From Chromera velia (lineage: Eukaryota), in NCBI GenBank assembly GCA_018398765.1, contig JAHBMJ010000101.1:116015-136014 (forward strand): a stretch of 20,000 bases of DNA, given 5' to 3'. The notes beneath the pieces are model-generated. The model saw only the letters and a program-made list of their open reading frames with translations, made no database searches and had not been told where the DNA came from. The position numbers and the translations under genes were made by a program. Positions 9,115-20,000 of this stretch are shown here, piece after piece; within the stretch, counting starts at the first letter, position 1; every line of letters begins with the position of its first letter.

Positions 9115-10108
9115 ACACCACATCTGCCTCCTTGTGTTGCCAGAAGCTCTGCTAACCAATCTGTTAACTATGTACGTACGGGGCTACAGGGCTAGGGAAC
9201 TACGAGGTTAGCAGTGTGGTGGGCTAGACAGAGAGATACAGAGAGGTGCTCAATCAGACATTCTTACAGGGAGTTCCATCTTAGAGTTCTGACAGCAACG
9301 ACTCATGCCAATTATATAGCTTCTACTGCTTTCCAGGCTTTCCCTTACTTGGCTACAGAACGTGTGCATCGCTTCGTATCTCGACCAATGCACTGACGCA
9401 CGCGCTCATCAATCCCGCGCCCATACTCCAAGCGAGCAGCCCGCCATTGGCAAGCGACTAAGTCCCACGCCAGCCTGGCGGCGGCGCCTCGTACAGGCCC
9501 TACAGGTAGTGTGGGGCAGTGAGACGGGAAAAGATGAAGCAATGCAAATAAATGCAAACGATGTGAGATGATGTGAGACCGTGAAACAGGGAGAAAGGAA
9601 ACAATGAAAACGATGTGGGGCAGTACGTAGGACACCTGAATCAGAGGGAGAAAAGAACGAAAGAGAAGCAATGCAAACGATGTGGACCGCTCTTAAAGCG
9701 AAGTAGATGAAAGAAAGTGGCAGACGGAGAATAGGGAAAGAAAATACCATTGGAAGGCGGATTGCATGCTATGCCGGCACAAAAGAAGATCACAGTCCGA
9801 CTTATTTACTAGCTTATTTATGCAAATCTGTCCCTCGTTTCTCTCTCTCTTCACTCTCCCCTAATTCTCCCATGTGTGTTTGTTCTGTTTGCTGCTTGGC
9901 AATGCATCGTCATTCCTTCCTGCGGGCGATTGAGAGCTTCGCCCTTCCAATCTTCCCAGCCACTTCTGCCCGACCCCTCCACTTCTCCTTCTTTCAGATC
10001 TCTCTGACATGCTCATAACGCGTGTTGTTCCCCTAGCTGCATTCTGCTCCTCTTCTCTTCCCTTTTGTTGGTACAGTCTGCACATCTGTCATGTTAACTG
10101 CATGACTG

Positions 10109-10142
10109 AAAGGAAGGAAGGAAGGAAGGAAGGAAGGAAGAA
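10109..10142. repeat. (GGAA)n microsatellite
   Basis: Directly visible; related tracts near 10170 and 10421-10452. Confidence 0.9.
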
Positions 10143-10626
10143 GCGTCATCTCCCTCCTCATGTACTTGGGAAGGAAGGAAGGCATCCAGACAGAAAGACA
10201 GACGATGGTGAAATGAGAAATGAAAGAGCCGCAGACTGCAAAATATCGAGACCGCCACAGTCAGTCTGCCAGGACGGGAGGCAAGCAAGAAGGTAGGTAA
10301 AGAAGGCGCTTGAAAGGACAGGGGGTGTTTGTATCTCTTTGCCCAGAGGGTTTACACTGGGGCGGCAATGAAGGGCGAGAAATGGTCTCATGATTGAGGA
10401 TAGAACAGGAAGGCAAACACGAAGGAAGGAAGGAAGCAAGGAAGGAAGGAAGGGATGCGAAGAGGCTCCAAGGGCCTGTCTCTTTAAAGCGATCCAGTGG
10501 CCGAAACCAGAGGGAAATTCGAACGAAGAACTTTTTGTGGACGGTGATGAAGGGAAAGAAAGGGATTGAACGTTGGAGGATAAATCTCCTCACAGAGGTG
10601 AAAGAAACGGGAGAGAAGAGACAAAC

Positions 10627-10634
10627 AAAGAGAG

Positions 10635-10665
<31 letters not shown>

Positions 10666-10677
10666 AAAAAAGAGAAA

Positions 10678-10713
<36 letters not shown>

Positions 10714-10776
10714 AAAAAAGAAAAAAAGAGAAAAAGAAAAAAAGAAAGAAAGAAAAAAAGAAAAAAAGAAAGAAGA
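10627..10776. repeat. 150-nt pure purine tract based on (GAAA)n
   Basis: No C or T on the + strand across the interval. Confidence 0.95.
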
Positions 10777-12017
10777 CACTCACTAACAGGGAGGGACCAG
10801 ACACAATCCTGTGATCACAGGCGGGTCCGGCCAAAGAAGAGGGCCGGCGGGACAGGACGAGAAAGAGAGGCCCTTGGGCGGGAGGGAGAAGACCAAAGCC
10901 GGTGTATTATTTGGGTGAGTGAAAGAAAGGATGAATGGAGGGCAGTCATCAAGTTCATGGATTTGTTCATCCAAAAAAGAGTCACGAACCTAAGCTCTTC
11001 TTTGTTTGAGAGACAGGACAAAAAGCTTGAAGAAGGCGTGAAAAAAGCAAAGAGAAAGGAGAGAGCGCGCGAGAAAGACAGAAAAAAGGACGAGAGACGG
11101 AGAATTGAAAAGTAGGAAAATAGAGCAAATAAGCGAGCAAGCAAGCACGCAAGCAAGCAAGATGAGAAGAAAAAAAGAAAAGAAAGAAAAAACGGCAAGC
11201 ACTGAATGAAAGAAATAATAGTGTTTTTTCAAAAAGAGACAGGCAGGAATGAAGGAAGAAAGCACGCAGGGTAAGGAGCAACAGGAGCAGGACGAAATGC
11301 TGAAGACAGCCTGAAAGAAAGCAATGAAAAATACAGGAAAAGGGGAAGACAGGTTAGGAGCAAGAAAACATACCTTCTCGCTCCCTGTCAGCCACAAGGA
11401 AGACCAACAAGTTACACCCAGCTAATAAGAAAAGATCCCCCCCCTTTATCTGTCGTTCGGCTGGCTGCGTTTTTTCTTTAGTTACATGACACACGTTTTG
11501 CCTCACACGAGGCACCCATCACATTGATAAGATCATTAGACTAGAAACTTTCACGCAGCCTCAATATTCTTTGTTTTTCTCTCTGTCTCTCTCATTGTTT
11601 GTCTAACTTTCCTTTCGGTCAAGCTCTTCTGTTTCGTGCGTCTCGCTGAAGTAGACTGTTTTCTCCCGTCTTGGTGTCATTCCATCTCTGTCAAATGCGA
11701 GACTCATCTACGCAATGTAGTTTTCCTCACTCTAAACAGACAAGGAAGGAGAGATCGTAGAGAGTGAAATGAGAGAGGGAGAAAATTGAAAAAAGGAAGA
11801 GTGCACAGTCCAAACGGACAGAAAGGAAGAAAGGTCAGGCAGACAGAGTGCATGGACGAGAAGAAGACAGAAAGAAAGAACACTTTGGACCCAAGATTTG
11901 ATCATTTTGAAGAAACACGAATCCTTTTGTCTCTCATCCATCTTCCCTCTTCCTTTCTTCGTTCCCTGCCGTTTGTTTCCTAAGAGCACTGCTTCCACAG
12001 ACACCGCAACACGTACA

Positions 12018-12020
<3 letters not shown>

Positions 12021-12053
<33 letters not shown>
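12021..12053. repeat. (AC)n microsatellite
   Basis: Directly visible. Confidence 0.95.
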
Positions 12054-12055
<2 letters not shown>

Positions 12056-13639
12056 CGCACGAACGCAGGTCGGGGGAGTAACCACCGACCGACAGTCCTC
12101 CCTCATACACATTCCTCTCCGTCTCTCTAGCTCTGCATGACTCATGCAATGCAACGCAGACAGAAAGAACGAACGTGAAGAAAGAACACAATTTGGAGTA
12201 GGTAGGCATACAACTAGAAGCAAGGAGACTTCTGCTGGTCAGGAAAAGAGGAAAGAGAGGAAGAGGGGACACTAGCAAGAGAGGCCTCACCTGAAAGAAG
12301 TCCGTGCAGAAAGCTAACACACTCACACAAGGAAGAACAAGACACAGGTGCATGCCAAGGTAAGCGAGAAGAAAAGACAAAAACGACGGACGAATGCAGG
12401 CAAGGGAGAATGGGTAGAAGAGCTCCACTTTAAACCAACGATAGACAGGCAGAGAGAGACCGGTTCCAAGGCTAAGCATGCACAGTTCTTCTCTCTCTTC
12501 TTTCAAAACACCAACAAACACGACCAGGCAGCCAGCCGAAGATTCTCTCGGGTCTGAAAGGGAACTCACACCTCAAACGCGACTCTCTTTTATCTTTTTT
12601 CTTTCTCTTCTTGCCCTGTCTTGCAAAGAAGGCTCGCACTTCTGCGACGAAAAGGTGCCTCCCCAACATGAAAAGAGACGCACAAAACCGGCAGGAAGGC
12701 AGACGCCAGGTACGCGAAGCATTGATGAAAGGCGGGCATGCGCAGACAGAGACATCCACTCATTACATGAACCACAAAGAACCCGGCCGGGGCCTCCATG
12801 ACAGATCAGAGCATAAAGAGGCTGCATGCCCGTGGGAGACCGAGGTTGGTTTCCCTCTGTTACCCTCGATCGCCCCTTTTTCTTTTCCATTTCCATCATC
12901 GCGAGATTCTCCCCCGCATTCATGATCATCAGAAGGGCAAAACGGGTTCTTTGCTGCACTACTAGAAGCAATCCCCCCCCCTCGATTCTTCTAGTAGCAC
13001 ATCGACCCGCCTCTCTGAATCTCTCACGTGCACGATTCATCGGGATGAAAGGAAAAAGAAAGGAAAGGAACAGAGCAGTGCCTCTGCACCACCGTCTTGC
13101 AAGTCACAAAAGCATGCACCGATTCATTCATTGTTTGCACCTCTCGTATCTGAACAGCAACAGGCTGACTGAGAGTCATGCAGGTCTGTCTGCCTTAACA
13201 CTGTCAGCAGACAATTCCTATCGCTGCAACCTGTCGCATGCACTCTGAGTCTACCTGCTGCCTCTGCCTTTTTTCAAGTGTTTTCTCCTCCTTGCCCTTT
13301 GTTTTCATTCTTGCATCTATCCTTCCTATATCTGTGTCTCTTTCTCTTTCTTTCTTTCTCTTTGTAACCTTTCCGCCTGTTTTCTCGGCTTCTATCCTTT
13401 CGACCCCTTCTCTTCAGACGTGGCATTGCAAGCACTCTTTCTCTCTCTGTATTCATTCCTCTTGCTGATTCATGCACTCCCAATTCAGGACAATTCAGGA
13501 CTCCACCTCTGGGCCCTCTCCCCCTGTCTCTCTTCAGACTCTTCTCCCCCCTTTCGTTCCGAATAAATATTGCAGAGAAGAAAGAAAAAACACAACCATC
13601 CACCCTCCTCCTTCGCCTTTGCATCCATCAAGCAGTATA

Positions 13640-13711
13640 CATCCATCCATCCATCTATCCATCCACGAATGGATTCACACACCAATCGATCGATTCATCC
13701 ATCCATCCATC
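13640..13711. repeat. Imperfect (ATCC)n repeat in the presumed 3' UTR of the CCCH gene
   Basis: atccatccatccatctatccatcca...catccatccatccatc. Confidence 0.8.
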
Positions 13712-13888
13712 AAGCCCCCCCGACTGAGAGAGAGAGAGGGGAAGATTCCCCCACTAGCTCTCTCCGTCGGTCGGACAGTCGGTCACTCCTCGTACTGGTC
13801 CGGTTGGGCCTCCAGCAGTTCTGCAGTCATTTACAAACGCCATCAATTCATCCATCCAGCTGTCAGCGCAGAGTTACTGATCACGCAT

Positions 13889-13955
13889 TCATGCAGTCTC
13901 TCCTTGGTCACCTGATAGCTTGAGACTCAGACACAAAGAAAGGAAGTGAAGAAGT

Positions 13956-13992
<37 letters not shown>

Positions 13993-16900
13993 AAAGAAAG
14001 AAAAGAAAGAAAGAAAGAAAGAAAGGGCCAAAAGGGACGTAGAAAATCATGAACAGGCAGGGCACAATCATCAACCCACTCCCCTCCCCGGAATCCAAAC
14101 AAAAAGAACGCAAAACAAAAAGACAAACTTACCTTCAAGCTTGACGCTTGCCAGTCTCTCATGAAGCTTGTCGGCAGGTTTCATCTCGCCATTCCCCTTC
14201 TCTGCAACTTCTTCTTCTCTATCCCCATTGTACAGCTTCTCATCGGAATCCACTCGACACCCCTCCTCCCCCCCGCCTGACACAGAACGACTGGTGGGCG
14301 CTTTGGAAGCAGGAGCACTCACAGAGGACACGGAGGCACCTGCGTGCTGCCCCTCTTCCGTAATATCTCTCGAACTCGTGTCCGTCTCTTTTTCGCTTTC
14401 CGGGGCCGTCTCGTCACCCGATCGCCCCCCCGTCTCCCTTTGAACTGATGACTTCACAGCCATAGAAGCGGAAAGAGACGGGAAACGGTCAAGTTCAACC
14501 GGAGGAGTTGGGGGAGGTTCTTTTCGTCCTTCTTCACCGTCAGTGGAACCCGTTGGAGACGACGAGGACGCAGCTGCAGTCGCTCTCTCCTCAGCAGCCG
14601 CAGTAGCCACATCACCCATTGCTGCTTCGGTGGCGGCGGCAACTGCGGCCGCGGTCGTCGTTCTTGTCGTCTTCTCACTCATAGGGGGAGAGGATGCAGA
14701 CGCGGGAGTGTTAGCTGCTGTTTGTTCGTTACTTTTACTCTCGTTCTCCTTTTTTTCTGCCTTTTCCGTCTCCTCCCCTTTCCCTTTGTTTTTGCTCTTC
14801 TCCGTCTCCCTCCACTTGAACGTTTGAACAGGAGTGTACGAAGCTTTGCCTTCCTTCCCCTTCTTCATCACCCCACTGGCTGGACATTCTCCATCTCTTT
14901 CTGCCCCCTTTTCAGCGGATCCTTCCTCTTTTTTCACGTCCTTCTTGGCATCCGGTGGTGAAGATCGAGGGGCCAGCACGACGCCACCCTTCCCCAACCG
15001 GCTGGTTCCCCGACTGCTCCCCTGCTGCTGCTGCACGCCCTTCTGCTGCGTCTGAGGCGGGCACCAGGGCGTGCCGTCGGGTCCAAATTTGTACGTCTGA
15101 GGGGTGTATGGGGGATGAGGGTTGTTGGGATGGGGGAAGTCACACCCCCTGTGCGGTCCGTACTCAAAGTCAACCCCTGCTGCTGCTGGTGGTGAGTATC
15201 CATAACCCCCTGCTGCTGCTGGTGAGAAGAAATTCGGTCCCCCTCCCAAACACTCTGCGGGTCCTCCCGGCGGAGGATTTGGGGGGAAGAAGGACTGGGC
15301 TGCCATTGAGGGTGGATGCATCCCCGCTTGCATGTGGAACGGGTGGAAAGGGTCAGCAGGAGGGATACCACAGAGTTCTTCTGGGATCATTCCCTGCATA
15401 TGGGGGGGCATGTGGGGGGCAGGGACAGGGAAGGGCTGGGGGGCATCAAACCCGAAGTTTGGGTCCATGCCGAAGCCGTCAGGGACCATACCGGGTCCAC
15501 GCGGCCAGGGCCCAATCCCCGAACGGGGATCTGGCATGCCGGGGCCTCCCTCGAACTGAAAGGGACCAATCCCGCGGCCCGCTCGTGCCCCATTTTTCGT
15601 TCCAGGGAAGGGCCCGCCCGCTTTCGTTGAGTTCTGCACAGACAGACAGACAGACAGACACACAGACAGACGAGTCGGTCGATCGGTCACAAAGATGAGG
15701 GAGGAGACAGAAGAGAGGTGTGCAAAGAAGAGGTCAGAAAACTGATTCCGAGGGGGCCTGCCTTGCTCTCCCAATGCGAGAGAGAGAGAGCACTGATCCT
15801 GAAAAAGTGCACAAGACTGCAGATAAAAAAAGCAAGATGCAAAGAAGAACAGAGATCTTCTACTAAAAAACTGCGTACAGAGAGACAATGGGTACGTGTT
15901 ATCTGATCTGTATCTACCGACTGACCATCGAGCTTGAGCTCCCCGACTTCGTGAGTCTCTCTTCCCCTTTCTTCTTGTTCTTCTGCCAGTGGCCCCCCTC
16001 CTCTAAGATCTCATCACTCTCAGCCGCCATGGTTGAAGCTGTGCCGGAAAAGGGGCCGAACCTCGTGCCGCTGCCTGCTGCTGCGGCGGCCCACGGGGGG
16101 CGGTTGGCACCAATCCCCCTGCAGGAGGGTGCAGACGGGTCGGCCTGCATAGGGGGGGGCTGCATCCCATCTCCGCCTCCGAGGTGAATTGGGTTTATGG
16201 GGGGGAAAGGCATAGACCCGTTAGGGGGGTGCGGGAAGGCAGGGGGGTGCATGGGAATCATGTCAGGGTGGGGTCCCGGTTGGGCAAATGGGTGTGGGGC
16301 AAAGGAGCCGGGGTAGGCATCGAAATTAAAAGGAATGGAGGGATCGTTGAAGGATGCTGCATGGTCAAAGGGCCCATGGGGGTAGGGGAACTCGTGGGGG
16401 GCATGGGGGGGGACGTGCGGAGACGGAAAGTGATTAGAGTGGGGGTGTCCTGGAAAACCTTGGTGTTGGGGTGGAAGAAATGGTGGGAAGCGCGGTCCGG
16501 TTTGAACGTGTGTGTCAACGTGCTTCGGCCTCTGAGGTGTCTGCCCATCCGTCTGTTCCTTATTTTTGTTTCTGGTGTCATTCTCGGAGTCTTTTTCATG
16601 GCTCGGAGGGGATTCCTTCTCTTTCTTCTGCTGCTGCCTGCTGGCACCAGCGCCGGGGCCCTTCAAGGGAGGGGCCTGCACACTCCACACGGAGGCCATG
16701 CCGGGGCCCAGAATGACCGCCCCCTTCCGTTCCTTGTTGAATGCGCGCCTCTCTGCAGCAGTCATCGGCGCCCCTGCTGCAGTCAGCCGCCCCTTTCGCA
16801 TTCGGATCTCTTCTTCCCCGTGCGCTGCAGCCAGCACAAAGGGAGGGACGGAAACAACAACGAAGTGATGAATGAATGAATGAATAAATGAATGAATAGA

Positions 16901-18285
16901 TGGATAGATCAATCCATCAGAGAGCAAGGGAAAAGAGAAAGACAAAAAGGCACGATAAACGAAACGTGAGAAAGAGAGAGACGGCGCGGGGTGGACAGGG
17001 ACTGAGAGAGAGGGGGGAAGCGACAAGTGAGCGATCGCGGAGTTAGGGAAAGAAAGAAGGAAGCAAACAAACAAACAGAGAAAAGAACAGACAATGGGAG
17101 CACACAACACAAAAACGGACCATGCCGGCAATCCTCCCCAAGGGTACACTTTCCAGATGCCCAGTGTCTGCACATGGAAGTCTGCACAGAGAGGGAAAGA
17201 GAGACAGGCAGAGAAAGCATCAAGAATTCCTTCCACACACTTGTTCAGTTCAGAACCTACAACACCAGTCTCCTTTGCCCCTACTACTACCCAATCACGT
17301 CCTTTTACCCCTCCAAAAGAAAACTTTTCTCCCTTGCTTCGCTCACAGGCTCCTTTTTTTTGTTTCTCCGCCCGTCTCCCTCCCATTTTCCCCGTAAAGA
17401 GGCCCCCCGTCCTTCTGTCGATCTTGTCTCATCTCATTTCTTCCACTGCCCCTTTTCCCCTGCAATCCTTGAAGAACGCTCTCCAATATCGCAAGCCACG
17501 GCCGTGCATCTCCGCCCCCTTCCCTTTGCTATACGGTTAACCAACAAACAAGCCGACACACCTTGTAGTAGTCAGAGGTCGACCGCAGTTCTGCAGGTAG
17601 GCATGTGGGGAAGCAGGATGGAGAAAAACGAATGTCGACGGCCAGAAAAAAGAACCAACAAGATGAAGACAGCCAAGAAGGAACTCTCAAGTCGACAGAA
17701 ACAAATCAACGTCCCACGAGAATCTAACCACTCGCAGGAGCCCCCCCCAAAACGTAAAACAACCTCTTGAGCACTGGTGCAACTGTTTCCCGAATGAGCT
17801 TTCTTCTCTTCTCTCTGCCACACCTCGAGATCTCCGCCTTTTTTGTCTCAGCACGAACATATCACACAGACGCACACCGATAGGCAGGCAAGGCGGTCAA
17901 CATACACATGCAAAGCCGCAAATCCTTACCTTCCCTTCCGTGCGCGTAAATACAGTTCTCCCCGTTCTCGCAAGTCAGAGAGTCCGCAAAGACCTTGCAC
18001 AGTTTTGTCTTGAACAGGTCCGGCATCAATCGCAGCTCCGCCTGCAAAGTGGAGAGAGACACACCATTTCTTCACAAAACCGCCCACACATCTGACGCTC
18101 TCTATGCTAAAAACGGGCTAGCGAACGCGCAAATAAAAATCTGGATCGACACAGCTGTTGCGAGCGAAAACTGGGGTTACAGGAGGACGGCACCTTTCGG
18201 GACCTTTCTGATCTCCTCCAACCCGCGCCGGCTTGCTTTCTCACCCCACAGTCTGGCAAGTGCCACCTCAGAAGCTCTCTCTGGG

Positions 18286-18340
<55 letters not shown>

Positions 18341-19014
18341 GCTTCAGAGATCGCTGCGGCAGGAAAAGAAAAGCTGGAGCTGCGCGCTTGTGTCCACAAG
18401 ATGCTGTCTGCTTGACTGCCTTCCTGGCTACACACTTCGATTCGAGTCGAGGGAACGTGCCCACCCCTTTACCCACGGGATCTCGGTAGAATACGACCTT
18501 CCAGACAAATAAAGCAAATACGCAAGAGGACGCTCTCTCAATTTTTCCGAAGGAAGGACCCACCCCCCGCCGATTTTCGCAACCCTCAGCCCGGAACCCC
18601 ACCTGTGAGTGTGCGTAGAAGCACTTACTCTCTCTCGGACAAGGCTTCTTCGCCATCACGTGGGGACTGCATCCACACAAAAAGGGGAAGGGGGAAAGTT
18701 TGACGCATAAGCGGCCGCACAAAGGCAGCTAAAGAGCCGCTTCGGCGGTGTCACTGCGAGACGGGGTCCCGGGGACTCATGTCCGAGTCTTCGGAGACCG
18801 ACATTCAGAGAATCAGAAGAGTGCAGGAACAGCGTGACGGGAAGACTGCTTCTCCTCCAGATGGACGAATGGACGCAAGCTGGTGAAACTGTGGATTCGT
18901 TTTCCTTTCCGGGCTATCTGTCAGTTGGAGCGTGTGCCAGGTGACTGACCAAAGTTTTGTCCTGAAGAACTGATCGAGGCACTCCGCGCCTCCAGAACCC
19001 TTTGGCCTCATCAT
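13889..19014 (-). CDS. Tandem triple CCCH zinc-finger protein (TIS11/TTP-like fingers), probable RNA-binding protein with a long low-complexity tail, 917 aa
   Basis: Exons 19014-18950, 18666-18603, 18041-17930, 17590-17562, 17181-17121, 16824-15926, 15633-14133, 13911-13889. All introns are GT..CAG with consistent phases; total 2754 nt. Spliced N-terminus: MMRPKGSGGAECLDQFFRTKLCPHVMAKKPCPRESKCFYAHSQAELRLMPDLFKTKLCKVFADSLTCENGENCIYAHGREELRSTSDYYKTSMCRHWASGKCTLGEDCRHAHGEEEIR, i.e. two Cx8Cx5Cx3H and one Cx7Cx5Cx3H, each with a (F/Y)(K/R)Tx(L/M) lead-in. The last 23-nt exon is the least certain. Confidence 0.9.
13956..14027. repeat. (GAAA)n tract, i.e. an extended polypyrimidine tract in the last CCCH intron
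   Basis: Directly visible. Confidence 0.9.
14133..15633 (-). CDS. Exon 7 of the CCCH gene (Pro/Gly-rich, then Glu/Lys/Ala/Ser-rich disordered region)
   Basis: Acceptor tgtgcag|AAC after a (TGTC)n tract; canonical donor G|GTAAGT at 14133/14132. Confidence 0.9.
15639..15671. repeat. (GACA)n microsatellite abutting the 15633 acceptor
   Basis: Directly visible. Confidence 0.9.
15926..16824 (-). CDS. Exon 6 of the CCCH gene (end of finger 3, basic linker, Pro/His/Phe-rich region)
   Basis: Acceptor ctgcag|CG CAC supplies the terminal His of finger 3; donor ATG|GTCAGT. Confidence 0.9.
16867..16911. repeat. Imperfect (TGAA)n repeat, intronic
   Basis: Directly visible. Confidence 0.85.
18287..18338. 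repeat. (CA)n microsatellite in CCCH intron 2
   Basis: Directly visible. Confidence 0.95.
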
Positions 19015-19519
19015 GTTCGCAAACTTTGCTCGAGTCCGCGGCGGGCAGTTATCTCCGTACAGCGTGCCTCCCCTCCTCCAAATTCCCCCGCAAGCCAGGA
19101 AGCAAGGAAGCTACTGGGACAGAAATCGATCTGTTAAACTCTTCGACAGAAGCCTGGTCTCCCAAACTATGCAAGTTCTCGTGGGTCAAGATTCGCTCAG
19201 TCGAAAACTTCAACTCGGTATTGAAGAGCAGCAGACTCAAGAGATCAACCCTTCAAACAGACAAGGAAGAGGACGTAACCAGACACTTTTCTTCTCCAGA
19301 TCGATGAGCTTTAACAATACCGATTTGAAAAGCGAATGGCTTCGAGGGCGTTCTCTCACTGGCTGTGCGCAAGCTCAACACCAAAGATAGAACGCAGCCT
19401 TCTTGGATGGTAGATGTATATACGACTGACACAAGAAGATTGGCCGGTGCCCGCAAGTCAGTGGAAGAAGTCGGAAGCACAGTTTGATTCGGCCGTCTCC
19501 AAGTTCTTCCCCTAATTGG

Positions 19520-19860
19520 GTTGCATGTGCAGACTTAATTCGCGCGTGCGATGCGCGTGCGTCGATCGGATAAAAAAAAATAAGGTTGTGCATGGGTTGC
19601 GGGCTATATGCCGGGGCCCAGGGCCTCGGTTCTTGTCTAGTTCTGTATACCCCCGCGACCTGGGTCAACGGGTAACGCGCGCGAGTGAAGCCTGATCGCG
19701 ACACCCATCCGTCACGCATGGCGGGCTCCGTGCGAACGGTCGCGAGAAAACAATCCATCCCTCCGCACAACATGCAGAGAGAAACGTGCCCCTCAAGCAA
19801 TATGTGCGGGACGCCAGTGCATGGCACAAGATCGATCTCGGCCACGCCAATGCATTCAAT
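19520..19860. promoter_or_regulatory. CGCG/CpG-rich and TGCATG-containing island upstream of the CCCH gene; candidate promoter
   Basis: tgcatgtgca, tcgcgcgtgcgatgcgcgtgcgtcgatcg, acgcgcgcga, several gcatg/catgc; lies 0.5-0.85 kb 5' of the ATG. Confidence 0.45.
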
Positions 19861-20000
19861 TAATTAAGCTATAGGATCTTCGATGGCAAAAAAGAACTGG
19901 TATGGGACAGACATAGCTGCATATTCTCCTGTACATCTGGAGGATGGAGGTAACAGGCCCACCAGTAGGTCCAAATTTGCAGTCAATCCTGCGTCTGTGC

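Noticed and set aside
10261..11397. K/E/R-rich and F/S/L-rich ORFs
   Set aside because: Translations of the (GAAA)n and (GGAA)n repeats.
6900..13700. Additional protein-coding gene in the intergenic interval
   Set aside because: Only short ORFs; no consistent exon chain or recognisable domain could be built. A non-coding or long-UTR transcript cannot be excluded.
14071..17386. The 605-aa and 490-aa ORFs as separate genes
   Set aside because: They are exons 7 and 6 of the CCCH gene with read-through into intronic repeats.
19049..19240. 63-aa minus-strand ORF upstream of the CCCH ATG
   Set aside because: Non-ATG start, stops before the main ATG, no recognisable domain; likely 5' UTR.

Overview
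Eukaryotic genomic DNA with GT-AG introns of about 220-560 nt and many microsatellites. The gene families, intron style and TGCATG motifs suggest an alveolate, most likely a chromerid such as Chromera velia (inference). Two spliced minus-strand genes were reconstructed by hand. (1) An RNI-like leucine-rich-repeat protein, 1480..5885, 6 exons, about 885 aa; the first exon is tentative and the ORF-track ATG at 3672 lies in an intron. (2) A protein with three tandem N-terminal CCCH zinc fingers and a long Pro/Gly/aromatic low-complexity tail, 13889..19014, 8 exons, 917 aa. Each gene has a CGCG- and TGCATG-rich island upstream. The ~7 kb between them is simple-repeat-rich with no supportable gene. 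The most striking signal is 1..~1500: it is TpA-rich and depleted on both strands of CpA preceded by a pyrimidine (YCA/TGR), while RCA, GYCA and CpG survive. This is the footprint expected of a RIP-like or deaminase-like C-to-T hypermutation process in an apparently non-fungal genome. It fades at the 3' end of the LRR gene and may have created that gene's stop codon.
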